NCBI GenBank assembly: GCA_963778655.1
Contig: CAVZVA010000011.1
Location: 160,001-224,000, forward strand
Length of the DNA: 64,000 bases
Source of the DNA: an uncultured delta proteobacterium
Lineage (GTDB): Bacteria > Myxococcota_A > Polyangia > Polyangiales > JAFGIB01
Direction of reading: 5' to 3'
How positions within the stretch are numbered: the stretch's first letter is position 1; each line of letters starts with the position of its first letter. The translations under genes and the position numbers were made by a program. Shown here in pieces: positions 42,304 to 52,293 of the stretch. The notes beneath the pieces are model-generated. The model saw only the letters and a list, made by a program, of their open reading frames with translations. It did no database searches and was not told the origin of the DNA.

Positions 42304-44046
42304 ATGGCGACTTCTGCTGCACGACGCAAGAACGACCCCTATCTCGGCAAGACCGTAGCCGGACGTTATCGCCTCGAAGCTCGCCTCGGCGAAGGCGGGA
42401 TGGGTGTGGTGTACCGCGCGCGCCACGTGCTAATCGATCGCGTGGTCGCGCTGAAGCTGATCCGGCCCGACCTGCGTGGCGAGACGCACCTGCGCGCATG
42501 GATGCTGCGCGAAGCGCGCGCCGCGAACCGCGTCGACCACGCTCACATCGTGCAGATCCACGACGTGGGCGAGACCGAGGAAGGCGAGCTCTACCTGGTG
42601 ATGGAGTACCTGGTGGGGACGGCGCTTTCGGCCGAGTGCGGCAAGGGGCCGATGCCGATCGAGCGCGCGGTGGACGTCATCGAGCAGATGTGCGCCGCGC
42701 TCGCGCGCGCCCACGACCTCGGGGTGGTGCACCGCGACCTCAAGAGCGACAACATCATGCTCACCATCCAGGGCGGGCGCCGCGACTTCGTGAAGATCCT
42801 CGACTTCGGGCTGGCCGCGCTCACGCGCGATGCGCGGCTCGCGCCCAAGGGCGCGATCTTCGGCACGCCGGAGTACATGGCGCCGGAGCAGGCGCGCGGC
42901 GAGGATGCGAGCGCGCTTTGCGACCTGTACGCGCTGGGGATCCTGTTCTTCGAGATGCTCACCGGCCAGCTTCCGTTCCGCTCCAACGACCGCGAGACGC
43001 TGCTCGAGATGCAGCGCAGCACGCCGCCGCCGCGTCCCACCGCCGTGCGCCCGGAGATCCCGCCGCAGGCCGAGGCGATCATCCTGCGCCTGCTGGAGAA
43101 GGACCCGACCAAGCGCTTCCGAGATGGCCACCATCTGCAGGAAGAGCTCAAGGCCTTCCAGCGCTCGCTGCCCTCCAAGCTGCTCGACAACTCGCAGAGC
43201 GAGGCGCCCGCGGTGGCGCCGCCCCCGCCACCCGCGCCCTCCCCGGGGGTGCAGGAGTGGGGCACGCGCGCGGCGAATTTCCAGCGCACGCTGGCACGCG
43301 CCTACCCCAACGGCCGCGTTCCGCCCGAGCTGCAGACCGCGATCGACTCGGTGTGGGAGATGGCCTCGCGCGCGTCGCGGCTCGAAGGCGAGCTGGCGAG
43401 CCAATCGCGCAAGCTCGACGCCACCGAGCGCCGCGGGCGGGCGCTGCGCGCCGAGCTGGGCCGCAAGGTCGAGGAGCTCGCGACCGAGGAGTCACGGGCG
43501 CTGCGCGAAGCCGGCGACTGGCGCGAGCGCGTGCGGGCAATCGAGCAAGAGGTGCGCGCCGCGCAGCAGGAGCGCGAGGCCAGCGAGCGCCGGGCGCGCG
43601 AAGCCGAATCGCATGGCGGCGAGATCCGCGGGCTGCGCCAGGTGTTCGAGGCGGCGGGCGCGGCGCGCGCACGCCACGACGCCACCCAGAAGCACATGGA
43701 ATCCGACGTCGCCCACGCCACGCGCCACGAGGCGCACGCGACGGCCCTGCGCAAACAGATCGACGAGCTGCGCAGCCAGCTCCAGCGCTACTCGGACGCG
43801 CTCGAAAACGACTTGATCACGGGCCGCGACCGCATCGCCGCCAAGGTCAAGGAAGCGCTCGGCTACGAGCAGCGCTTCGGCGACGCGTCGGCCACCCTGG
43901 TGCGCCACCTGCGCGAGCGCCCCGAGTGCCGCGACATGATCGAGGGGCTGATCAAGAACGACAAGACCACGCACGCCCCGGCCGAGATCGGCTCGGTGCG
44001 GCGGATGTCGCGGCCCACCACCGACCGTACGCCGGCCTCGCGCTGA
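42304..44046 (+). CDS. Hanks-type Ser/Thr protein kinase with a long C-terminal coiled coil (cytoplasmic)
   Basis: GEGGMGVVY, VALK, HRDLKSDN, DFG, GTPEYMAPE, DLYALG; heptad-rich tail with no TM segment. Confidence 0.95.
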   Translation: MATSAARRKNDPYLGKTVAGRYRLEARLGEGGMGVVYRARHVLIDRVVALKLIRPDLRGETHLRAWMLREARAANRVDHAHIVQIHDVGETEEGELYLVMEYLVGTALSAECGKGPMPIERAVDVIEQMCAALARAHDLGVVHRDLKSDNIMLTIQGGRRDFVKILDFGLAALTRDARLAPKGAIFGTPEYMAPEQARGEDASALCDLYALGILFFEMLTGQLPFRSNDRETLLEMQRSTPPPRPTAVRPEIPPQAEAIILRLLEKDPTKRFRDGHHLQEELKAFQRSLPSKLLDNSQSEAPAVAPPPPPAPSPGVQEWGTRAANFQRTLARAYPNGRVPPELQTAIDSVWEMASRASRLEGELASQSRKLDATERRGRALRAELGRKVEELATEESRALREAGDWRERVRAIEQEVRAAQQEREASERRAREAESHGGEIRGLRQVFEAAGAARARHDATQKHMESDVAHATRHEAHATALRKQIDELRSQLQRYSDALENDLITGRDRIAAKVKEALGYEQRFGDASATLVRHLRERPECRDMIEGLIKNDKTTHAPAEIGSVRRMSRPTTDRTPASR

Positions 44047-44099
44047 AGAGCCGGCCGCTTTGCGGCCGACAGCGAGTTGGGTATAGTGCCGCGTTCGCC

Positions 44100-44182
44100 G
44101 GCCGAGTGGCGGAATGGCAGACGCGCCGGACTCAAAATCCGGTGCCCGCAAGGGCGTGTCGGTTCGACCCCGACCTCGGCTA
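44100..44182 (+). tRNA. tRNA-Leu (anticodon CAA)
   Basis: Cloverleaf: acceptor GGCCGAG/CTCGGCT, D arm GGCGGAATGGCAGACGC, anticodon stem CCGGA/TCCGG with loop CTCAAAA, long variable arm, T arm GTCGG-TTCGACC-CCGAC, discriminator A. CCA is not encoded. Confidence 0.96.
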
Positions 44183-44401
44183 CCGATTCGATATCACATC
44201 ATTGTTCGGAAATGCCCAGCGGCGAAAAATGGCGTTGGGGGATCGCCGTATGGACAGTTTTCCTGGACAGCATGGCGGTCCGGTCATCACTGCCTTGGGA
44301 CTGAGCAGTGCGTCGCGATGCGCGATGCGCGGGTCACGGTCGGTGGACTGGCCGGCCGCCGTGGGGTAGGCCCCGGCCGGCACATGATGGGGGCACATGA
44401 T

Positions 44402-44513
44402 GGGGACGGTCCTCGATACATCGATAGTTGCGTGGTGGGGCATGATGGGGACTAGTTCCATGGTGAGGTCGTGGTGAGGGAGGGAAGAGACCAGGGTTAT
44501 CGTTGTATCGAGG
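44402..44513. repeat. Inverted pair of REP-like motif B (REPIN/MITE-like)
   Basis: GGGGACGGTCCTCGATACATCGATA at 44402-44426 is 24/25 identical to 62683-62707. An inverted partial copy at 44495-44513 is 17/19 identical to 62692-62710. Confidence 0.7.
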
Positions 44514-44584
44514 TCCCTTCTTCCTTCCGTCCTTGCTTCCTTCGTCTCGCCTACGCTACCTCGACCCTGACGGGCAAAGGGGGG

Positions 44585-44875
44585 GGGTGTGGTTCTGCTG
44601 CTGATCACGCGACCGCCTTTGCGTAGATCGGGTGCGCTTGCAGGGTGATGTCCATTGCGTCGTTCCAGCGATCGCTCAGGGAGAGGGCGCGCAACTTGAG
44701 GACTTGCTCGCCGGTCGAGTGCTTCCAGCGCGCGCCCGGACGTTTCATGCGCAACCCGACCAGGCTCTTGCACGTCGCCTCGACGTTGCCGCTGCCAATC
44801 GGCAGACCGCGCCTGCGGGCACCGGCGTAGTGCATGCGGTGGTGGTTGTTCTGCAGGTAGGTGATAGCCTCATGC
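44585..44875 (-). mobile_element. ISKra4-family transposase C-terminal remnant with probable terminal IR
   Basis: [56 protein letters not shown]-type end just beyond the stop codon. Confidence 0.8.
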
Positions 44876-45060
44876 ACGGGACCGCGCCGATGGGGCGGGA
44901 CCCGGCAGCCGGCGCCGTGGTCGACGCGCGCTGCCGCGTGCACGGTATCGAGGGGCTGCGGGTAGTGGATGCCTCGATCATGCCCACCATCCCGGGCGCG
45001 GACACCACTCTGCCCTGCATGATGATCGGCGAGCGTGTGGCCGACTGGATGCGGGCATAG
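44875..45060 (+). pseudogene. GMC oxidoreductase C-terminal fragment
   Basis: [47 protein letters not shown]; the rest of the gene is missing. Confidence 0.85.
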
Positions 45061-45099
45061 ACCCGTTGCGCGGGTCGCCCGCGGTTCGGCTGGCGTTCG

Positions 45100-48000
45100 C
45101 TAGTGCCGACTGTCACACCGGCTGGGGGGGTTGCTTCCACCGGTGGCCACGTAGCTCACGCAATCGCCTTGGTTCTTGAACGACCCAGGGAAGTTGAAAT
45201 CGCGCCAGCCGCCATGCTTGCAGGCGTTCTTGTCCTGGGGCGGGCCCACCAGCGTCAGCGGGGCCGTCACGGAAGTGTCATTGAGCGTGACGTCGTCCGA
45301 AACCGCGTCGATCGAGAGTCCGACCAGATCCCCGTTGGCGTCGATCGTCTCGGAATACGTGACGCTACCACCTGCGCCGACCTCGATGTCCGCCGGCAAG
45401 CCACTCAGGACCAGATGGACGACGGCGGGGCCACCCGACTTCACGGACACCGTTGACGTGAGGCCCGGGTCGGTGAGGACGTAGATGCCGTTGGGAAGGT
45501 CAATGGTGGCCGTCTTGGCATCGAGCTGGATGCTGACAGGGCCGAGACCGGCGCCGTTGACGTCGAGCTCGACTCCGTTCGCGGGGTTCGGAGCGCCGTC
45601 CAAGATCCTCGAATCCTTGCCGCCGCGGTCCAGGATCGTGCCGACCGTGGAGCCGTTGGAAGGCGCGACCGCGTCCGAGAAGGTCTGGTTGGTGGGGTCG
45701 AGGGGCAGCGGGTCCACCCCGTTCACGATGCCGTCATTGTCGTAGTCGTTGGTGCCCGGCGAGCCGGTCTCGACGTCATCGGAAGCGAGGAACGCGCCGT
45801 TGACCCCCGCTACGCTCTGCGTCGTGACGCTGCCGAGGCCTGCGGAGTTGTCGAACGTGAAGGAGGTGGTGGCGGCACCGAACTGCACACCGGTGACCCA
45901 GTTGCCCGACGCGTTGAACAGGTTGACCGCGTCGCCGCCGGTGCTGAGGCCCACCTTCGAGCCGCTGTAGCTGCCGACCAGGAAGTCCCCCGGCGGGTTG
46001 CCGCCGAACCAGGCTGCCACGAAGTCACCCGCGGTTGTGGCGTCGCCCTCGATCAGCACGGCCGACTGCCCTGGCGCGATGCTACCGACATCGCTGATCG
46101 GGACGGATTGCGTGACGTCGTTCGAGTTGTCGTCCATGGTCCAGCCGGTGATGTCGACGGCTTCGGAGCCAACGTTCGTGACCTCGAACCAGTCGGCGGC
46201 GTAGGGGCTATCCCCGCTGGCCCACGGCGCGACTTCGGAGACGATGAGCCTGCCGACGTTGCCGATCCCCGGCGAGCCAACCTCGCTGCCGTCCCCAGCC
46301 GCGACGAAGGCGCCGTTGACGCCGGCTGTGCTGAGCGTCGAGATCACCGGCAATGGAACCGTGTTGCCGCCGATGCCGGCGTGGTTGTCGAAGGTAGCGA
46401 ACGGTGCGGCCGAGGGCGCAGCGCCGAAGCCCACGCCCGCCACCAGGTTGCCGGCGCCGTCGAACAAGGTGACCTCATCACCGTTGCCGCTCAGGCCCAC
46501 GCCGGAGCCCGAGTAGCTCCCGATCTGAGGCGCGGGCTGGGCGTTCGCCCCAGACCAAAGACTACGGAACGCAGCGGCGGTGGTGGCCAGGTCCGTGCTC
46601 TCGACGAAGATCACCGCTTCCCCGGGGGCGATCGAGTCGATGCCGTCCAGGGGAACCGCGTTGGCGATGGAATGCGAGTTGTCGTCCATCTTCCAGCCGG
46701 TGATGTCGATGGCGGAGCTGCCCTTGTTGGTCACTTCAAACCAGTCGTGACCCAGCGGACTGTCTGAGCTGGACCAGGGAGCGACCTCCGAGATCACGAT
46801 GGTGCCGGGGGCTACGGCCTGTGTAACGGAGAGCGTGAAGTCGACCGTTGCGTCGGGCGAGCCGCCGGCGGTCGGGTCGTCGGCCTCGACGGTGACGTGC
46901 AGCATCGGCTTTGAGGCGTGACTCAATGAAGTGCCAGCCTTGAGGTAGAGCGACGAGCCGGCGATCTCGAAGGACGCGGCGTCGGGCCCGCTCAGGCTCA
47001 AGTAGTTCGTGCCCAGGCCGTCGTCCGTTATGGAGATGTCCGCCAGCAACACGTGACTCGATACGTCGGCCGCCTCGGAGATTGCCGGCACCGTGCTCAG
47101 CAGCGTGACGGCGGTAGGCGCCTGGTTGGCGGCGTCGTTGTCCTGGATGGTCACGGTTGCGCTGGCGTCGGTGCCGACGTCATAGCTGCCCGTGTCGAAC
47201 AGCGTCAGCGTCAACGCCTCGGTTCCTTCGGCAATCGCGTCGTCCACCGGAATGATGGTGACGTCGACGAACGCGGCGCCTGCTCCGATGGTCCGCGAGC
47301 CGGTGAGTGTCGGCGTGTAGTCGTCGGGTGTCGCCTGGCCGGCGCCTGTGGCGATGGTGTAGCTGACCGTCAGGGGCGAGGCGGTGCTGCCGCTGCGGGT
47401 GAATCGGAACAGGCCGGGAACGCCGCCGGTCTCCGCCGCCAGGCCATTCACAGCGGTGATGCCGACGATCGGAGGCGCTCCCGAGCCGATGGTGCCCGGA
47501 GAACCGACTTCGTTGGAGTCGTGGGCTGCAATGAATGCCCCGTACTGTCCGACGACGCTGAGGTTCGAGATCGCAGCGTTGTTGAGCCCCGCTGTATTGT
47601 CGAATGTGGGCAACACAGTGCTGCTGGGAGACGGGCCGAACGAGATGCCCGCGCGAATGATGCCCGCGTTGTCGAACAGGTTGACGGCGTCTCCGCCGGT
47701 GCTCAGACCGACGCCGGAGCCCGAGTAGCTGCCGACCTGAAGGCCCGCAGGCGCCGTTCCCCCGTACCAGAGGTCGATGAACGCCTGCGCCTTGCCTGCG
47801 AGCTCGGATGAGCTCGCTGTCTCGATGAACACGATCGATTCACCGGGCTTGATGCTCGTCACGCCGTTCAAAGGGACGGAAACGGCGTACGAGCTCGAGT
47901 TGTCGTCCATCGTCCAGCCGACCAAGTTGACCGACGAAGCACCGAAGTTCGTCACCTCGAACCAGTCGGATGCAAGCGGACTGTTTCCGCTAGACCAGGG

Positions 48001-49359
48001 CGCCGCCTCGGTGATCGCGAGGTTGACCCCACCGCTGGCGGCCGGGGTGATCGTCAGGGTGTACGACGTGCTCGCGTCAGGCGTCCCGCCGACGGTCGTG
48101 TCGTCGACGTTGATGGTGACGGCGTAGCCGGGTTGGGTCGCGGCGTTCAGCGCAGTGCCCGCCTTGAGGAACAGCGCGGTGCCGATGATTTCGAACGAGC
48201 CAGCGTCTGGTCCCGACACGGACAGGTTGTTGTCGCCGAGCCCGTCGTCGGCGACGAAGACGTTCGCTAGCTTGACTGTGTTGGTGGTGTTCGTGTTCTC
48301 GGGGATCGACGTGACGGCGCCGGTGAGCGAGACGGCCGTGGGTGCGAGGTCTGCCACCGCGGATGGAGCGTAGACCCAGAGCTGCGGGTGGTCGGCGTCA
48401 CCACCGCCGTCCTCGTTAGCCACGTACAGGATGCCGTCGCGGTCCATCGTGACGCCTTCCATTGTCATGTCGGGCACGGAAAGGGTGTCGCCCAGGTCGG
48501 CGACGATGGACATGATGTGCTGAACGTTACCGGAGCGGTCGACCTGCACGATCTGGCCGGACTCCTGGCTGATGATCAGCAGCTGGTTGTAGGCGGGATC
48601 GCCGGCGAGTGAGGGCAGGTTCGACAGAGCGTAGACGTCGGAAAAGTCGAGCGTGCTCACCAGCGACGGGTCGAAGAGGTCGGTGGACTCGTCCGTGCTG
48701 GGCGAACCGTTGGTCGCAGTCCCGGCGGCGAAATCGATGCCCGTCTCGAAGATGGACCTGGGGTCCTTCTCCTTCACAAAGATGTAGTGACCGGTCAGCG
48801 GGTCGTACGTAGCGCCCTCGAGCCCGATGTTGCCGATGGTGGTGCCGAGCTTGACCGTCTGAACCTCGGCTCGGGTCAACGTCGCGCCCGCGACGTAGGT
48901 GAAGAGACTCACCTGGCGGTACCGTTCCTCGATCAGCACGAACTGGCCACCTCCTACGTAGGAGACGCCCTCGGTGTCGTAGAACTCGGTGCCCTGCGGG
49001 CTGCCGCCGGGGGCCAGCGTCATCGAGTCGAGCAAGGCGCCGGTCTTGTCGACCTGGACCACGGACGTGCCGCCGTCGCCGACCACAAACAGCGTGTCGG
49101 TGTCCCAGTCATAGGTGACCGAGGAGGCTTCCTGCGCAAGCAGGCTGGTGCCGTCGGGCGGAGTGGTGCGCGTTGGCTCGGGCAGGTTGTACCGGCCGAC
49201 CCAAGCATACTTCGAGAGGTCCATCGTCGTGGGGGCCGTGAGCGCCGCTGCCGCTGCGCGCGCCGCAGGGGCGGACGGAGGCTGACCCGGGCTGCTGCAG
49301 GCGCCGCCCGCGAGCACGATGAACGACAGTAGCCAACGAAGTGTACCGATCCGCGCCAT
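45100..49359 (-). CDS. Large surface lipoprotein: SdiA-regulated (YjiK-like) propeller, 2 cadherin-like repeats, 3 lamin-tail-like domains, Calx-beta-like domain and a C-terminal disulfide motif
   Basis: Signal LAGGAC; EASSVTY, DTEGVSY, GLEGATYDP, MEGVTMD repeats; three repeats of (I/V)(S/T)E(V/A)APW..DWFEVTN; two repeats of APTAV.L..DDGLG.N.LS.SGPDA.SFEI; tail CKHGGW..FKNQGDCVSY. Confidence 0.85.
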   Translation of the reverse strand: MARIGTLRWLLSFIVLAGGACSSPGQPPSAPAARAAAAALTAPTTMDLSKYAWVGRYNLPEPTRTTPPDGTSLLAQEASSVTYDWDTDTLFVVGDGGTSVVQVDKTGALLDSMTLAPGGSPQGTEFYDTEGVSYVGGGQFVLIEERYRQVSLFTYVAGATLTRAEVQTVKLGTTIGNIGLEGATYDPLTGHYIFVKEKDPRSIFETGIDFAAGTATNGSPSTDESTDLFDPSLVSTLDFSDVYALSNLPSLAGDPAYNQLLIISQESGQIVQVDRSGNVQHIMSIVADLGDTLSVPDMTMEGVTMDRDGILYVANEDGGGDADHPQLWVYAPSAVADLAPTAVSLTGAVTSIPENTNTTNTVKLANVFVADDGLGDNNLSVSGPDAGSFEIIGTALFLKAGTALNAATQPGYAVTINVDDTTVGGTPDASTSYTLTITPAASGGVNLAITEAAPWSSGNSPLASDWFEVTNFGASSVNLVGWTMDDNSSSYAVSVPLNGVTSIKPGESIVFIETASSSELAGKAQAFIDLWYGGTAPAGLQVGSYSGSGVGLSTGGDAVNLFDNAGIIRAGISFGPSPSSTVLPTFDNTAGLNNAAISNLSVVGQYGAFIAAHDSNEVGSPGTIGSGAPPIVGITAVNGLAAETGGVPGLFRFTRSGSTASPLTVSYTIATGAGQATPDDYTPTLTGSRTIGAGAAFVDVTIIPVDDAIAEGTEALTLTLFDTGSYDVGTDASATVTIQDNDAANQAPTAVTLLSTVPAISEAADVSSHVLLADISITDDGLGTNYLSLSGPDAASFEIAGSSLYLKAGTSLSHASKPMLHVTVEADDPTAGGSPDATVDFTLSVTQAVAPGTIVISEVAPWSSSDSPLGHDWFEVTNKGSSAIDITGWKMDDNSHSIANAVPLDGIDSIAPGEAVIFVESTDLATTAAAFRSLWSGANAQPAPQIGSYSGSGVGLSGNGDEVTLFDGAGNLVAGVGFGAAPSAAPFATFDNHAGIGGNTVPLPVISTLSTAGVNGAFVAAGDGSEVGSPGIGNVGRLIVSEVAPWASGDSPYAADWFEVTNVGSEAVDITGWTMDDNSNDVTQSVPISDVGSIAPGQSAVLIEGDATTAGDFVAAWFGGNPPGDFLVGSYSGSKVGLSTGGDAVNLFNASGNWVTGVQFGAATTSFTFDNSAGLGSVTTQSVAGVNGAFLASDDVETGSPGTNDYDNDGIVNGVDPLPLDPTNQTFSDAVAPSNGSTVGTILDRGGKDSRILDGAPNPANGVELDVNGAGLGPVSIQLDAKTATIDLPNGIYVLTDPGLTSTVSVKSGGPAVVHLVLSGLPADIEVGAGGSVTYSETIDANGDLVGLSIDAVSDDVTLNDTSVTAPLTLVGPPQDKNACKHGGWRDFNFPGSFKNQGDCVSYVATGGSNPPSRCDSRH

Positions 49360-49569
49360 GCCAACGCACCTCCGCGCGCGCTGGGCGCGCCGTTGCCGAA
49401 CTGGCCGGCACACTAGCCAATGCAGCCAGACCGAACGTGTCGGGACCGCGAATCTCTTGTGACGCTTTGCTGGAGATCGCGTGACACGGCTTCAGGCTCG
49501 AGCTGCGCGCCCGCGGCGCGGACCCATTGCGCAGAATGGTGCAACATATCAACCTCGGCGCAGCATGTT

Positions 49570-50310
49570 CTGACCGCGCGTGCCGGCGTTCACTGCGCAA
49601 AGCCGGCCGCTGGCTCGACGACGAGCACGACGGCGTCTCGCTCACAGACGAGGCGCTCGAGCCAGAGGACGCCGTGCTTGCATCCTGCTACCAGGCGGCG
49701 GCCGCGAGCTGCTCGGTGAGCGAGCCGGGCAGCCCACGCTGCGCCTCATCGGTCTACCGCCTGAGCGCCCTAACAAGCGCAAAGGCGGACTGGTGGCTGA
49801 GGTGCGAGGCATCAACGTACACGCCGATCGCGCGATCGACGGCCGCGACCGCAAGCAGGTCGAGCGCTTGTGCAGGTACATGGCGAGACCTCCGCTCGCA
49901 AACGACAGGCTGCACCTGCAGCCCGGCGGACGCCTGCGTTATACGATGAAGCGCACGTGGAGCGACGGCACCGAGGCAATCGTGATGGACCCGCTCTCGT
50001 TCATCGGGCGTCTGTGCGCGCTGATACCGCCGCCTCGTATGCACATGTTGCGATTTTGCGACGTACTGGCAGCGCACAACAAGCTCCGCGCCGAGGTGGT
50101 GCCTGCATGTACGCCGGTGGCAGCACCGCCCGTGCCCGAGCAGCTTGCGTTGTTCGAGCACGGCGCAGTGCTGCTGCCGATCGCGCAACAACGGCAAGGC
50201 CAGGACGCACCCCCGCACCCATCGCGACACGCATGGGCTTTGTTGATGCAACACGTGTTCGCCAAAGACGTGCTCGCATGCCCACATTGCCACTCGCGAA
50301 CTCGCTCAGC
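49570..50310 (+). mobile_element. IS91/ISCR-like (Y2) transposase C-terminal remnant, frameshifted
   Basis: GINVHA..DRKQVERLCRYMARPPLANDRL..KRTWSDGT..PLSFIGRLCALIPPPRMHMLRF..WALLMQHVFAKDVLACPHC. Confidence 0.85.
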
Positions 50311-50334
50311 AACTTGTGAGAGCTCTCGCCCTTG

Positions 50335-50686
50335 AGAATTGCACCGCTCGCGACACCGACAGGTACGGCGGGATCGCGATCAGCATGTGCACGTGCTCGC
50401 GGTTGATCGCTCCCGCGTAGATCGTGAGCTCCAGGCTCCGCGCGATCTGGCGCAGCAGCTCTCTAGCAGCTCTCTGGCTCGGTGCCCGACTGTCTCAGGC
50501 TCCTGGCCCACCAGTACCGGGTAGCGGTACTTCGTGATCCAGACCAGATGGCACTTGCGGTCCCAAACCGTGTGGCTTCCCTTCTTGTAGTCCTTCATGA
50601 ATCGGCAAGGTTACGCTCCTCTCTCGCCGAGTGCTCCTTCGCCTGAAGGCGAGCGGTTTGCGGATCCCCAAGTCGGGACTCAAAAT
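50335..50686 (-). mobile_element. tnpA: IS200/IS605-family tnpA (Y1 HUH) pseudogene with its end hairpin
   Basis: MKDYKKGSHTVWD.KCHLVWITKYRYPVL (start 50598), then after a frameshift INREHVHMLIAIPPYLSVSRAVQ (HUH motif). Hairpin TCGCCT-GA-AGGCGA at 50639-50652. Confidence 0.85.
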
Positions 50687-50914
50687 TTCGTCAATTCGCC
50701 GCAGCGCATTTCCGAAACGGTTCACTCGGGAGCCCTTACCTCGTCGGCCGCAGACGGTTTCTCGAATGTGAATACCGCCCTCGGACAGAGCACCCGTCGA
50801 CCCGGTTGTTCGTGCACCCTCAGCGCAACTCGACTGTGACTCGAACCGATGACCTGTCCGCTCAGATGGTTCGGCGAGCCTATCGGAATCGGGGAAAGGC
50901 GGCCTCGTCTGGGC

Positions 50915-52168
50915 TCAGCGTTCGGTCTTGGCGCGGCGCTCCGGCGTCGGACCGGTGTAACGCGCGCGGGGACGCAGGCGGTCGCCCTGGTCGCGCTGCT
51001 CGCGGATGTGCGCGATCCATCCCGCAAGCCGTCCGATCGAGAGCAGGAACAGCGCGGCGCCCGCGCGCAGCGACAAGGCCTGGCTCAGCGCGACCAGACC
51101 GAAGTCGAGATTGGGAGGCGGGAGCCCAGCGTCGCGAGCGGCGTCCTGCAGCGCGCGCATCGCCGCCAGGCGCTGGCTGCGCGGACCGATGCGCTCGGCG
51201 CACTCGATCAACGCCCTCGCGCGCGGGTCGCCCGCCGGATACAGCGGATGGCCGAACCCGGGCAGGCGTGCGCCACGCGCGAGTCGTTCGCGCACGACGT
51301 CGCCCGGCCTGCGCTGGGCCAGAGCCTCATCGAGCAGCGCCTCCACGCGTAGCGACACGCCGCCGTGTTGTGGGCCGGACAGCGCAGCGAATGCGGCGCT
51401 CACGCAGGCGTACAGATCGCTGCCTGCCGATGCCACCACCCGCGCCGTGAACGTGGACGCGTTGAGCTCGTGGTCGGCCGTGACGATCAGCGCGAGCTCG
51501 AGCGCAGGCACCACCTCGTCGCCCTCCACGCCCAGCGCACGCGCGCAGCGCAATGCCACGCCCTCGTCGCGTCGCAGCCTGCGCGGCTTGGCCCAGCCAG
51601 GCCCACTCGCCAGCCAGCGGATTAGCGCACGCGCGCGATCGAGCTCGGGGGCCTCGCCCTCGCCTGCGAAGCGCGGGCTGCGTGCGCGCAGCAGCGCGAG
51701 CGCGCTCGACGCGCTGCGCACCGGGCCGGGGCCGTCGCGCAGCAGCGCACGAACCACGCTCGCCGCCGGCGGGTCGTCCAGCTCCGGCCAGCTCGCAGTC
51801 GGGCTGGGCCAGCCGCGGCCGAACAGCAGCTCGGCCACCTGCTCGAAACGCGCGCCGCCCAGCGCCAGCTCGATCGCGTCGCGGCCGCGATAGTACAGGC
51901 GGCCGTCGGCGACGCACGTGATCGCGGAGTCGATCACGGGCTCGCCCCAGCGCAGCGCCGCGGCCGCCACGGCGGTGTGACCCGCGCGAGCGTCGCTGCG
52001 CGCCTTCAGCCGCAGCAAGTCGGCGCGCGAGTACAGGCTCCCGCGCCGGCCGCCTGGCGCCGCGATACGGTCGACCCAGCCGCGGCTGACGTAGGTGTAG
52101 AGCGTCGCCGGCTTGACCTGCAGCAGGACGACCGCCTCGCGCAACGCGACGTAGGCCGCATTCGCCAT
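50915..52168 (-). CDS. HTH-citrate synthase fusion (probable regulator)
   Basis: N-terminal HTH EAVVLLQVKPATLYTYVSRG, then ADHELNASTF, GPQHGG, PGFGHPLY, PNLDF. Confidence 0.88.
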   Translation of the reverse strand: MANAAYVALREAVVLLQVKPATLYTYVSRGWVDRIAAPGGRRGSLYSRADLLRLKARSDARAGHTAVAAAALRWGEPVIDSAITCVADGRLYYRGRDAIELALGGARFEQVAELLFGRGWPSPTASWPELDDPPAASVVRALLRDGPGPVRSASSALALLRARSPRFAGEGEAPELDRARALIRWLASGPGWAKPRRLRRDEGVALRCARALGVEGDEVVPALELALIVTADHELNASTFTARVVASAGSDLYACVSAAFAALSGPQHGGVSLRVEALLDEALAQRRPGDVVRERLARGARLPGFGHPLYPAGDPRARALIECAERIGPRSQRLAAMRALQDAARDAGLPPPNLDFGLVALSQALSLRAGAALFLLSIGRLAGWIAHIREQRDQGDRLRPRARYTGPTPERRAKTER

Positions 52169-52293
52169 GGTTCGACGATATCGATCGACATCGACGATCG
52201 CAAGCGACCCCGGCTGTCCGACGGCGTCCGCGCTCGGGCGGCGGCGCGCCGCGGCGCTGTGCGCGCTGGTGCGGCTGCGCGCGCGTCCATATG

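Noticed and set aside
50676..50686. GGACTCAAAAT, identical to the tRNA-Leu anticodon loop, as a possible att site
   Set aside because: Only 11 bp, with no tRNA 3' half following, and it coincides with the probable IS200 end.
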